Source: Octopus sinensis
Taxonomy: Eukaryota
DNA: 64,000 nucleotides
Direction of reading: 5' to 3'
NCBI RefSeq assembly: GCF_006345805.1
Contig: NC_043001.1
Span: 117,428,001-117,492,000, forward strand
How positions within the stretch are numbered: position 1 is the stretch's first letter; each line of letters opens with the position of its first letter. Shown piece by piece: positions 52,486-64,000 of the stretch. The notes beneath the pieces were generated by a model. It was given only the letters and a program-made list of their open reading frames with translations. It was not told where the DNA came from and made no database searches. Position numbers and translations under genes: made by a program.

Positions 52486-53713
52486 ATAAGTAAGTATGTA
52501 TGTATGTATGTATGTATGTATGTATGTATGTATGTATGTTTGTATGTATGTATGTTTGTATGTATGTATGTATGTATGTTTGTATGTATGTATGTTTGTA
52601 TGTATGCATGTATGTATGCATGTATGTATGTATGTAACGGGAAGCTTTATGAAAATAGACAAAAGACGAAGGCAGGTGGAAAACAAACAAACAATTGTAT
52701 TAGTATGGCGCTCAGGAAATATAAATAAAACAAGTCTTTAACGTTTCGAGCCTGTGTGTATGTATGTATGTATGTATGTATGTATGTATGTATATATATG
52801 TATGTGTGTACATAGGGCTGTGTGTGTGCGTAATTATGAAAACCCTTCGAGTTAGCCCATCCTTGTTTCAACCGCAATTTATCTGAAACCACAGTATGCA
52901 ATGCAACTTTTACGCGGGCCCGCGTGCACACAGACAGACAGACACACACACACTTGCAAACACACATACGCGCACATACACACACATATCCTTATGATAG
53001 TACTGAGATGGACCATCTGTATTACGTGCAGCTGACTGAAGTAAATAGCACAGATAATGGTTTTAGTTTTGTTATCTTGGAATGCTTTGTTTGTGGTAGG
53101 TTGCTGCTAGTCTGTCCAGGTAAAGAGATGTTTTTCACTTATTGAAGGAAAAGTAATAAAGATAATCTCTAGCAAATTGTGGTGTATATGTATATACAAA
53201 TATATTTTATGTGCGTGTGTGTGTGTGTCTTTATGTCTGTGTGTGTATGTGGTTGTGTGTGATTGTGTGATGCAGTCAGCAGTTAGGGCGTAAGGAATTT
53301 TGCAAGCTGATCTGTTCTTGTCGATTCAGGTTACCTAACGTCTATTATGCAACTATAGCATATTGTCACAACATAACTTCAGTTATGCATATGTATGCGT
53401 TTGTGCACGTGTGTGTGTATGTGCGCGTATGTGTGTTTGCAAGTGTGTCTGTGTCTGTCTGTCTGTGTGCACGCGGGCCCGCGTAGAAGTTGCATTGCAT
53501 ACTGTGGTTTCAGATATATTGCGGTTGAAACAAGGATGGGCTAACTCGAAGGGTTTTCATAATTGGCCTGCTCGGACACACATACACACACGCACGCACG
53601 CACACACGCACACACACACACACAGCCCTATGTACACACATACATATATATATACATACATACATACATTCATACATATACACGCAGACATACAAGTATA
53701 TCTGTGTGTTTGT
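52284..53713. repeat. Inverted duplication, ~0.3-0.7-kb arms around a ~420-bp spacer
   Basis: Unique core 52832-52940 versus the reverse complement of ~53455-53565; outer cacagatatacttgtatgtctgcgtg match at 52291/53680. Confidence 0.85.
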
Positions 53714-54166
53714 GTATGTATAACCGTGTATATATAGGTCAACTATTCAAATGGCTTCATAAAACACTCCCTTAAAACCCCATCACCTCCCAACTCCACC
53801 CCCAATCAAATACTTTGTGTTGACCATTCGCCATTTTCTTTCAGCTAACATTCAACAACAGTCTTTCATTCACACACTGAATAACAAACCCCAACCCCAC
53901 CTAGATCCCGTATATAGAATCACAAAGCTCGAAATAAATCACATCTGTTTGACAACGAATGCGAGAAAGTTCTCCCAAAAAGTTAGCAAGGATTTTTTTT
54001 ACTTAAGGTAGAAAAGAACTTACGAGATCTTTGAGCTAAAGTGTTAATTTATATTATCAAAAAAAATTTTAAATAATAAATTAAACTGATTAGAACTACC
54101 AGTGAAGTCATGCGTATTCTTTTTTCAAATATAACTAACTGTAGCAAAGATCTCACACATTTTCCA

Positions 54167-54197
<31 letters not shown>

Positions 54198-54245
54198 TGT
54201 ATGTATGTATGTGTGTATATATAATTATAATATATATATATATAT

Positions 54246-54283
<38 letters not shown>

Positions 54284-54339
54284 AAGACATTAAAAAATAA
54301 AATACGCACACTTACATAGTTTTAATACAATTTTTAATA

Positions 54340-54372
54340 TATCGACCGGTTTCGCCATAGCTATTCATGATA
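54340..54372 (-). ncRNA. Degenerate minimal hammerhead-like motif
   Basis: Minus strand: TATC-atgaata-GC tatg GC-GAAA-CCGG-TC-GATA. All three stems pair, but two core positions (C3, G8) deviate. Confidence 0.3.
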
Positions 54373-54864
54373 TTATGTTTTACTTATTTGAATATGTATT
54401 TTTTCTTCAGAAGAAATTTTGTCCATGTTCTGTGTGATGATATTCATGAGTGAATAACTTCACAAGTAGATAAATAAGGGGAGGTAATTGGTTATTATTA
54501 TTATTGCTATTGTTGTGAGTAAGGGAGATAACCGTTCAGCTTTCGGTAATTAGAGGGGGCATATATATGTACAGACAAAAGCAAACTTCGAAAACCTTGT
54601 TTAGTGAGGGGATTTATGTACAGTGATGTAATCGTGAATTGAAATATGTAAAAAAAAAGTTCGTTATGCGTGCATCTTAAGACGTGTTCTGTATTTTTCA
54701 ATGAAATGATTGAATTGTTCAATTAAATGGAGTCGCATGAAACGATCGTACCTCACTACCTCTTGATTTCTTTGTTGCTTATTTTGATATATATATATAT
54801 ATGTATGTATTTATGTATAATTTCCCATAAATGAATAAATATTCAAATAAATATTTATGTAAAT

Positions 54865-54866
54865 AC

Positions 54867-54944
<78 letters not shown>

Positions 54945-54990
54945 GTTGTTGTTGTTGTTATTGTTGTTGTTGTTGTTGTTGTTGCTGTTG
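54865..54990 (+). repeat. (TAT)n/(GTT)n compound microsatellite
   Basis: Direct inspection. Confidence 0.95.
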
Positions 54991-55124
54991 TTGCCTTTGC
55001 CCAGTTTCTAACGTTGGAGGTGTACAACAGCGTCAGCTGTTCACTACCAGTGAACTAAGGCAACACCTCTTATTTTTCGAGCACCTTCCGGAGTATTCGA
55101 GCGGTTCCAAGCAGTGCTGTTTTA

Positions 55125-55235
55125 GACTTATTTCAGAATATGGTTGAGTCCATAAAATAGGATTTGGCTACACCTCCATTTAGAGCACAGTTTAAGCTAT
55201 CTTTTCGTGAAAGAAGATTTGTGTCGGCCTATCAT
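55125..55235 (+). mobile_element. Fragment of the same mariner 5' region as 60569-61134
   Basis: aatatggttgagtccataaaataggatttggcta…tttagagcaca shared with 60628-60680. Confidence 0.75.
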
Positions 55236-55350
55236 GTTTTCAATGAAATGGTGGCTTATTAGAGGATTTTTCAACTCTTATTGTTACAGCAACGCTGGCA
55301 CCGCTTGTACCCTCAATTATAATGACTAATTAATAACAAAATTTATATAT

Positions 55351-55534
55351 AGGCGGAGGAGTGGCTGCGTGTTAAGTAGCTTGCTTACCAACCACATGGT
55401 TCCGAGATCAGCCCCACTGCGTTTTACCGAAAGCGTATAATGTTGTTAAATGTTCGAAATACGAGAGTAGAAAAACAGTCAGCAACTGATGAAGAGTCGT
55501 TCTTTATGGTATTTGTCTTGTTTTCCAATTGTGT

Positions 55535-55602
<68 letters not shown>

Positions 55603-55905
55603 GTATAGATGTTAGTATGTACATATATGTATGTATGCATATATATATATATTATTTATATTATATATATATGTGTGTGTGTGTATATATGTTTGTGTAC
55701 TTGTGTTTGTCCCCCACCATCGCTTGACAACCGATGTTTACTATGTTTACGTCCCTGTAACTTAGCGGTTCGGCAAAAGAGACCGATAGAATAAGTACTA
55801 AGTTAACAAAGAATAAGTCCTGGGGTCGATTTGCTCGACTAAAGACAGTGCTCCTGCATGGCCGCAGTCCAATGACTGATACAAATAAAAGAATAAAAGA
55901 ATGAA
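55351..55905 (+). mobile_element. tRNA-SINE family B interrupted by a Penelope-like repeat and (TA)n
   Basis: Head at 55351-55421, foreign insert at about 55422-55640, SINE tail at 55660-55905. Confidence 0.7.
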
Positions 55906-56047
55906 TTACATACAAATAGCATCCAAGTGGAAAGAAGGCGGACAAGATATAGAACATGCAGGAAGCTCGAACGTCAACAATGGAAAACGTAAGATAGGGT
56001 TATAAGATGAAATGAATTTATGTTAAAAAACGTGTATTTATAAAGCA

Positions 56048-56431
56048 ACTAGCAGTATCGCCCGGCGTTGCTTGGGTTTGTAAGGGAAATAACTATAAAG
56101 CATTTTTAGAGAGTTATAGCCAAAAAATAGCAAAAAAATGGAAAAAAAACCATGGTAAATTTTTTTTAGTTAAAAAGGTCGAGTTGCGTCCCCTAGACAG
56201 TCTGTGGTTTGTGTTTCTGATTCTCGACCCCATATCGAATTTATCGATTTTTTTTCAGAACTGGGGGAACTTTTCAAAATTTTCGCTGCGTTAGTTTTGA
56301 ATTATGACATTGGGCTATGTGTGTGTCAAGTTTCATCAGAATCGGTTGAAAGCCGTGGTCAGGGTGAGGGTACAACCTAACAGACACACAGACACGCAGA
56401 CAGACAAACTGCCGTTTATATATAGAGAGAT
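56048..56431 (-). mobile_element. Non-autonomous Helitron sharing its 3' end with 29321-29717
   Basis: actagcagtatcgcccggcgttgct.gggtttgtaagggaaataa is nearly identical to 29321; the 5' half differs. Confidence 0.75.
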
Positions 56432-56614
56432 AAAAAATTCCTGCCTAGATGATGTCAATGCTGGGGCTCCGCCTCGGAGAACTTTCTAGTCGATTAATTT
56501 GACCATAGACTAATATTTTAAGCTTGGTATTTATTCTATCGGCCTCTTTCACCAAAACCGCCAGATTACGGGGACCTGTTGTCAAACGGTGGTAGGGGAC
56601 AAACGCAGACTCAA

Positions 56615-56647
<33 letters not shown>

Positions 56648-57164
56648 CACACACACACTCACAAACATATGCGATAGTTTTTGATAAGCAGCGTCGATTT
56701 TTACAATTTTGTAAATAATAATAATAGTATTAAATAAACTTTAAACTAATAAAATCCCTCTCTCTCTCTATATATATATATATATAATTACAAAATTGGG
56801 ATTTTACCAATGGGACCACAACTTCAATTTCAGGACAACCTTATTTTCTGCAGTGCACACAGAATGTTGTATCCAAAATACTAATCTAATAATATAAGCA
56901 TTTCAAAGCCTACTAACACGTACAATAAAATAAAGTACGTTAGGATTAATTAAAAATTATTTAAACATATTTTTTAAATATATGTACCTTACCTGTTATT
57001 AGTCTGGGGGGGGGGGAAGAAGATAATATTAATCAACGCTACACCTGTTCCTGCCCTCGTGGTTTGTTTTTCCAGGCTATACCTAATACATAAATCCACC
57101 TGTGCGTCCTCAGCTTTATTATTATTATTAACAGATCCATCTTAATCATATATATATATATATA

Positions 57165-57495
57165 CGTCCCCTGCCCAATTCAAGATCACAACATACATGT
57201 ACACTGCAACATAATTTCTTTTCCTCAACAGGCCCTGCCCTATTTAACATTCTCCCGAGGGAGATCAAAGAGGAAAAGGATCCCATCAACTTTAAACAGA
57301 GTCTGGATAGATTCCTTTAAAGAATACCAGATAAGCCACCCATAATTGGATACAACTCACCCAACAAGAAATCACTACTTGAACAAAACTTGACTTAAAC
57401 AGGATTCGAATAATCCTATCAGGTGGTGCTATTAAGTTAGACATGGCCTGGACCATTCTTTGGTCGAAACATATCTAAGTTTATCTAAGTTTATA
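57165..57495 (+). mobile_element. CR1-like LINE 3' end (5'-truncated)
   Basis: GPALFNILPREIKEEKDPINFKQSLDRFL.RIPDKP; 3' terminal (atctaagttt)2. Confidence 0.75.
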
Positions 57496-57901
57496 TATAT
57501 ATATACACGTTAATTTCACGAGCAGGCTGTTCCGTTGATCGGATCAACCGGAACCTTCGTCGTCGTAAACGACGGAGTGCTTCCCATATATATATATATA
57601 TATATATATATACTGTCTTACTGTCTATCTGTTAAACCCATTGAAGTTTCTATGAACAACTGATTGTTTAAACATGTTTTTCCAAAATTTCCCCTTGTAA
57701 CTTTAAACACTCCTCAAACATCTTCTTAATTATTTTTTTATTTCCACCATTAATAAAAACAAATATTGTCAAAACTGGTGTGGTATTGGAATGAATCTAT
57801 TACAATGTCTAAAAATGACCTACATGTTTTTGAGATTCAGGTGAATTTTCAAACTCCAAAACAAATTCTGTATTCTTTTCCTGTGTGAATACACTTTTTC
57901 C

Positions 57902-57951
<50 letters not shown>

Positions 57952-57989
57952 TATATATGTAGTAGACAGAACCATGAAAAAACCATAAC

Positions 57990-60521
57990 ACCAAATAACA
58001 CCAACATGAAACATGTATCCTCTGACCAAGTGGCAAACCAAAGAGGTAACTCTTTTTTACTGACTTACCTAGAAAATATGAAGGCCGACCTAAGCCAGGA
58101 GATCCAACGAGCTATCAGCAACCACCTATGCAAATCACAAGGACCACACACCCACTACCAACAAGAAAATCATACACACACAGCTCCATACAAGAACTAC
58201 CCACATTGTTACCACTGAACAACATAAAACATAACTTAGAACAATGCAAACATCAAACTCCCCTTACCTCGACGTTCCTGTTAAATGTACATGGCATCAA
58301 CCCATCAATTATTGCCCAAAAATGGAAGGTCCCATTTATAGAGAGTTGGCTTGCCGAAACGGCACATTGCTTCCCTTTCTTTATCCTTACCGAGACTCAC
58401 CTGAACAACACCCATATGGACGCCGAGGTGAAAATAAAAGATTTCACCATTGTTCGTGCGGATAGCACAGACCGAAATAAGGGAGGGACAGCCATCTTTA
58501 TCTATGACTCCTTTTCACTTGATGCCAAGGACATATTTTCCAATGGCTATTGTGAATCGGTATCACTATTCAGCAAGGCCAAGAACATAATCATTGTTGG
58601 TCTTTACAGGCCTCCCCAAGCACCTCTAAAGTGCTTTGAAGAGTGCCTTAGCAAAGTCAAGTCCTTCCTTCGGAAGTACCACTCCGGAAACATACTAGTG
58701 ATGGGTGATTTTAACCTCCCTCATGTGAACTGGCACACAAATACTCTGAAGTTAGGCAAATGCTCTACATCAGATAGATAGTTAAAAAAACTCTCCTATC
58801 AGACCACGACATGGTACTCTGCAATTTAATTCCCGACATAAAAACCAAACCAGCAATCCCACTCCATGGCACTCATTTGACAACATAAACATCCACAAAG
58901 CGGACTGGGGAGCAATCAGAAAGGATCTGTCTTTCATCGACTGGTCTTTTACTCTCAATTCCACCCATATTGAGACCGCATGGCAGCACTTTGAAAACAT
59001 TGTCACCTGTACATGCTCTAAACACGCTCCCACGAAATCTACTAACACAAACAGAAACCGGCTCCCTAAAAAGAAAAAAACACTCATCAGGCGCATCAAA
59101 AGACTCAACCAAAAAAATCAACCAATTAAAATATTCCCACACACAACATCCACATTCAACAACAATGAAAAGGCTAGAGCTGGAAAAACTTCATCTGTAG
59201 ACCCACATGAAAACCTCCATTAAAAATCAAAGAGCTGTGGAGGAACAGTGGGTAATCAAAAAACATCAAACAGAACCCAAAAGTGTTCTATTCTTATGCA
59301 AATAAGCATAGAACCACTGTCTCACCCATTGGGCCATTGATTGATGATAACGGCATTCCCCAACACGATGCTAAAGAAATGCAGAGAAATACTGCAGAAA
59401 CAATACTGCTCTGTCTTTAGTGTTCCCACTGATAGATATATAAAGAAGAGACGAAGTTGACTTCCAACATAAAATCTCAGACATAACCTTCACTGCCACT
59501 GACATCATAGCAGCAATAAATGGGGTCAAATACTACTCTGCTGTAGGCCCTGATAGATTCCCCGCTAGTCTCCTGAAGGAATGTAGACACCAACTTGCAG
59601 TCCCTCTGACCAACCTCTGGAGAAATTATTTAGACGCAGGTTATATACCGAAACAGTTTCTATCCCAGTCAGTCATCCCGGTTTTCAAACAGGGAAACAG
59701 ATCCCTCGCAGTCAACTATCGCCCAATCTCACTCACCTCCCACATCATTAAAGTGTTTGAAAGAGTGTTAAGATCAAGGATAGCTGACTTCCTGGAGACC
59801 CACAAACTCCTAAATGCAAATCAGCATGGCTTTCGCTGTGGCAGGGACTGTCTAACACAGCTCTTACACCACATTGAAGATGTACTCAAAGCCTTGAGAA
59901 CAAGTTCGAACTGTGATCTCATATATCTTGACTTCAGTAAAGCGTTTGACAGGGTAGACCATAACATCCTACTCTCAAAATTGGCAAACGTTGGAATCTG
60001 TGGAAAAGTTCTACACTAGATTAAGTATTTCCTGGCGAATAGAACACAACATGTAGTAGATGGAGTCCACTCAATCCCAGCAAAAGTCACCAGCGGTCTC
60101 CCCCAGGGGATTGTCTTGGGTCCGCTACTGTTCATAAGTTACATAAACGACTTTTACAATGTCGTACATTACTGCAAAGTGAAAATATTTGCTGATGACA
60201 CTAAGCTCCAGCAAATCGTCAATGAAGAAGCAGACCGAACTCAACTCCAGTCTGATCTATATGCTGTGAGTCAATGGGCAGACAGAAACAAAATGCAACT
60301 GAACGAGGGAAAATTTGAGCTGATGCATTTTGGAAGAAATTCCTCACTAAAACAGCCATACTCTCTTCCTTCAGGGGAACCGCTCACAGCCTCTAACAAT
60401 ATCAGAGACCTGGGTGTAATTGTTGATGACGATCTCAGTTGGAGTGCACACATCAACAAGAAGGTCGATATAGCTCGTAGGATGAGTTCCGGGATCTTAA
60501 GAACTTTCCGGTCCAGAGAAC

Positions 60522-60525
<4 letters not shown>
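57990..60525 (+). pseudogene. CR1-clade LINE ORF2 (APE endonuclease plus RT), decayed
   Basis: NVHG, LTETHL, YRPP, GDFNLP (APE); QHGFR, YLDFSKAFDRVDH, PQG.VLGPLLF, FADDTKL (RT). Stops and deletions; truncated by (TA)n plus mariner. Confidence 0.9.
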
Positions 60526-61233
<708 letters not shown>

Positions 61234-61243
61234 CATATATATA

Positions 61244-61398
61244 CACGACGGGCTTCTTTCAGCTTCCTTCTGCGAAATCCACTCGCAAAGGTTTGGTCAG
61301 CCCGAGGCTATAGTAGAAAATACTTGCACAAGGGGCCACACAGTGGGACTGAACCCGGCAGCATGTGGTTGGGAAGCAAGCTTCTTACCACACACCCA
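61244..61398 (-). mobile_element. tRNA-SINE family B, 5' half
   Basis: cgacgggcttctttcag…gggactgaacccgg…cttaccacaca. Confidence 0.75.
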
Positions 61399-61609
61399 CA
61401 GTCACCCACTCACCTAACCACACGATAACACACGCACACACATATATAAGCAGAAAAAGGGGCCAACATTGAAATGAGGCATTGTAACATTATTTGTGAT
61501 CAGCTTTTCAAACGCCTTTCAGGGTTCAAATGTCATTTAAGATTTCAAGCCGGGAAAAGGGCAATTAGAAGTAGACGAGATCAAACTCTGCAAGGATCAA
61601 ATATTCCTC

Positions 61610-64000
61610 ATGTGTATGTATGTATGTATGTATGCATGTATGTACGTATGTATGTGTGTATGTATGTATGCATGTATGTACGTATGTATGTATGTATGTA
61701 TGTATGTATGTATGTATGTATGTATGTATGTATGTATGTATGTATGTATGTATGTATGTTTGTATGTATGTATGTATGTATGTTTGTATGTATGTATGTT
61801 TGTATGTATGTATGTATGTATGTATGTATGTATGTATCTATGTATGTATGTATGTTTGGTTGTATGTTTGTATGTATGTATGATGATGTATGTATGTATG
61901 TATGTATGTAGTATGTTTGTATGTATGTATGTATGTATGCATGTGTGTATGATGTATGTTTGTATGTAGTATGTTTGTTGTATGTATGTATGTATGTATG
62001 TATGTATGTATCTATGTATGTATGTATGTTTGTTTGTATGTTTGTATGTAGTATGTATGTATGTATGTATGTATGTATGTATGTATGTATGTATGTTTGT
62101 ATGTATGTATGTATGTATGCATGTGTGTATGTATGTATTATGTATGTATGTTGTTTGTATGTATGCATGTATGATGTATGATGTATGATGTATGTAGTAT
62201 GTATGTGTATGTATGTATGTATGTATGTATGTATGTATGTATGTATGTATGTATGTTTGTATGTATGTATGTTTGTATGTATGTATGTATGTAGTATGTA
62301 TGTAGTATCTATGTATGTAGGTATGTTTTGTTTGTATGTTTGTATGTATGTATGTATGTATGTATGCATGTATGTATGTAAGTATGTATGTATGTATGTT
62401 GTATGTATGTATGATGTATGTTTGTATGTATGTATGTATGTATGCATGTGTGTATGTATGTATGTATGTATGTTTGTTTGTATGTATGCATGTATGTATG
62501 TATGATGTATGTATGTATGTTTGTATGTATGTATGTATGCATGTGTGTGTATGTATGTATGTATGTATGTATGTTTGTTATGTTGCATGTATGTTGATGT
62601 ATGTATGTATGTATGTATGTCTGTATGTATGTATGTATGTATGTATGTATGTATGTATGTATGTATGTATGATGTATGTTTGTTTGTATGTATGTTGTTT
62701 GTATGTATGCATGATGTATGTATGATGTATGTATGTATGTATGTATTGTATGTATGTGTGTATGTATGTAAGTATGTATGTATGTATGTATGTATGTATG
62801 TTGTATGTATGTATGTTTGTATGTATGTATGTATGTATGTATGTATGTATGTATCTATGTATGTTGTTGTAGTATGCATGTATGTATGTAAGTATGTATG
62901 TATGTATGTATGTATGATGTATGTATGTAAGTATGTATGTATGTATTGATGTATGTATGTATGCATGTATGTATTATGTATGTATGTATTGTATGTAGTA
63001 TCTATGTATGTATGTTTGTATGTATGCATGTATGTATGTATGTATGTATGTATGTTTGTATGTATGTTTGTATGTATGTGTATGTATGTATGAATGTATG
63101 ATGTATGTATGTTTGTAGTATGTATGTATGCATGTATGTATGTATGTATGTTTGTGTATGTATGTATGTATGTATGTATGTATGTTTGTATGTATGCATG
63201 TATGTATGTATGTATGTATGTATGTATGTATGTATGTATGTATGTTTGTATGTATGTTTGTATGTATGCATGTATGTATGTATGTATGTATGTATGTATG
63301 TATGTATGTATGTTTGTATGTATGTATGTATGTGTGCATGTATGTATGTATGTATGTATGTATGTATGTACGTATGTATGCATGTACGTATGTATGTATG
63401 TATGTATGTATGTATGTATGTATGTATGTATGTATGTATGTATGTATGTATGTATGTATGTATGTTTGTATGTATGTATGTATGTGTGCATGTATGTATG
63501 TATGTATGTATGTATGTATGTATGTACGTATGTATGTATGTATGTATGTTGTTGTATGTATGTAGTATGTGTGCAGTATGTATGTATGTATGTATGTATG
63601 TATGTATGTAGTATGTAGTATGTATGTTTGTATGTATGTATGTGTGCATGTATGTGTATGTATGTAGTATGTATGTATGTATGTATGTATGTATGTATGT
63701 ATGTATGTACGTATGTATGTATGTATGTTTGTATGTATGTATGTATATGTGTGCATGTATGTATGTATGTATGTATGTATGTGTATGTATGTATGTATGT
63801 ATATGTGTGCATGTATGTATTATGTATGTATGTATGTATGTATGTATGTACGTATGTATGTATGTGTTTGTATGTATGTATGTATGTGTGTATGTATGTA
63901 TGTATGTATGTATGATGTAGTATGTAAGTATGTAGTATGTATGTATGTATGTATGTATGTATGTATGTGTATGTATGTATGGTATGTTGTATGTATGTTT
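61610..64000 (+). repeat. >2.3-kb degenerate (TATG)n array running off the window
   Basis: Direct inspection; many single-base indels. Confidence 0.95.

Noticed and set aside
53001-53120. Possible exon in the spacer of the inverted duplication
   Set aside because: Weak acceptor and no recognisable protein similarity.

Overview
Repeat-dominated eukaryotic, largely non-coding DNA. The SINE families, (TATG)n/(TA)n/(CA)n microsatellites and LINE/mariner/Helitron remnants look like an Octopus (coleoid cephalopod) genome; this is inferred from repeat recognition, not a database hit. There is one convincing host-type coding region at 13546-14504 (+): an intronless ParB/Sulfiredoxin-like ('DNRRL') domain protein. 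The ORF track truncates it at a single missing G in the first of three 99-bp repeats. With that base restored, the frame runs through 3x33-aa and 3x15-aa repeats and ends in a CaaX box (…SCCVIL*). The rest is decayed mobile DNA: R4/Dong-like RLE LINEs repeatedly abutting (CATA)n on their sense strand, CR1-like, RTE-like and gag-like ORF1 LINE fragments, several mariner/Tc1 remnants, a nest of Helitrons, two tRNA-SINE families, and Penelope-type repeats. A second main theme is RNA structure: several type-I hammerhead ribozyme motifs with palindromic stem III (best at 48541-48586, at the tip of a ~250-nt rod-like hairpin), plus many foldback/inverted-repeat elements. Almost all long ORFs in the supplied track are microsatellite artefacts.
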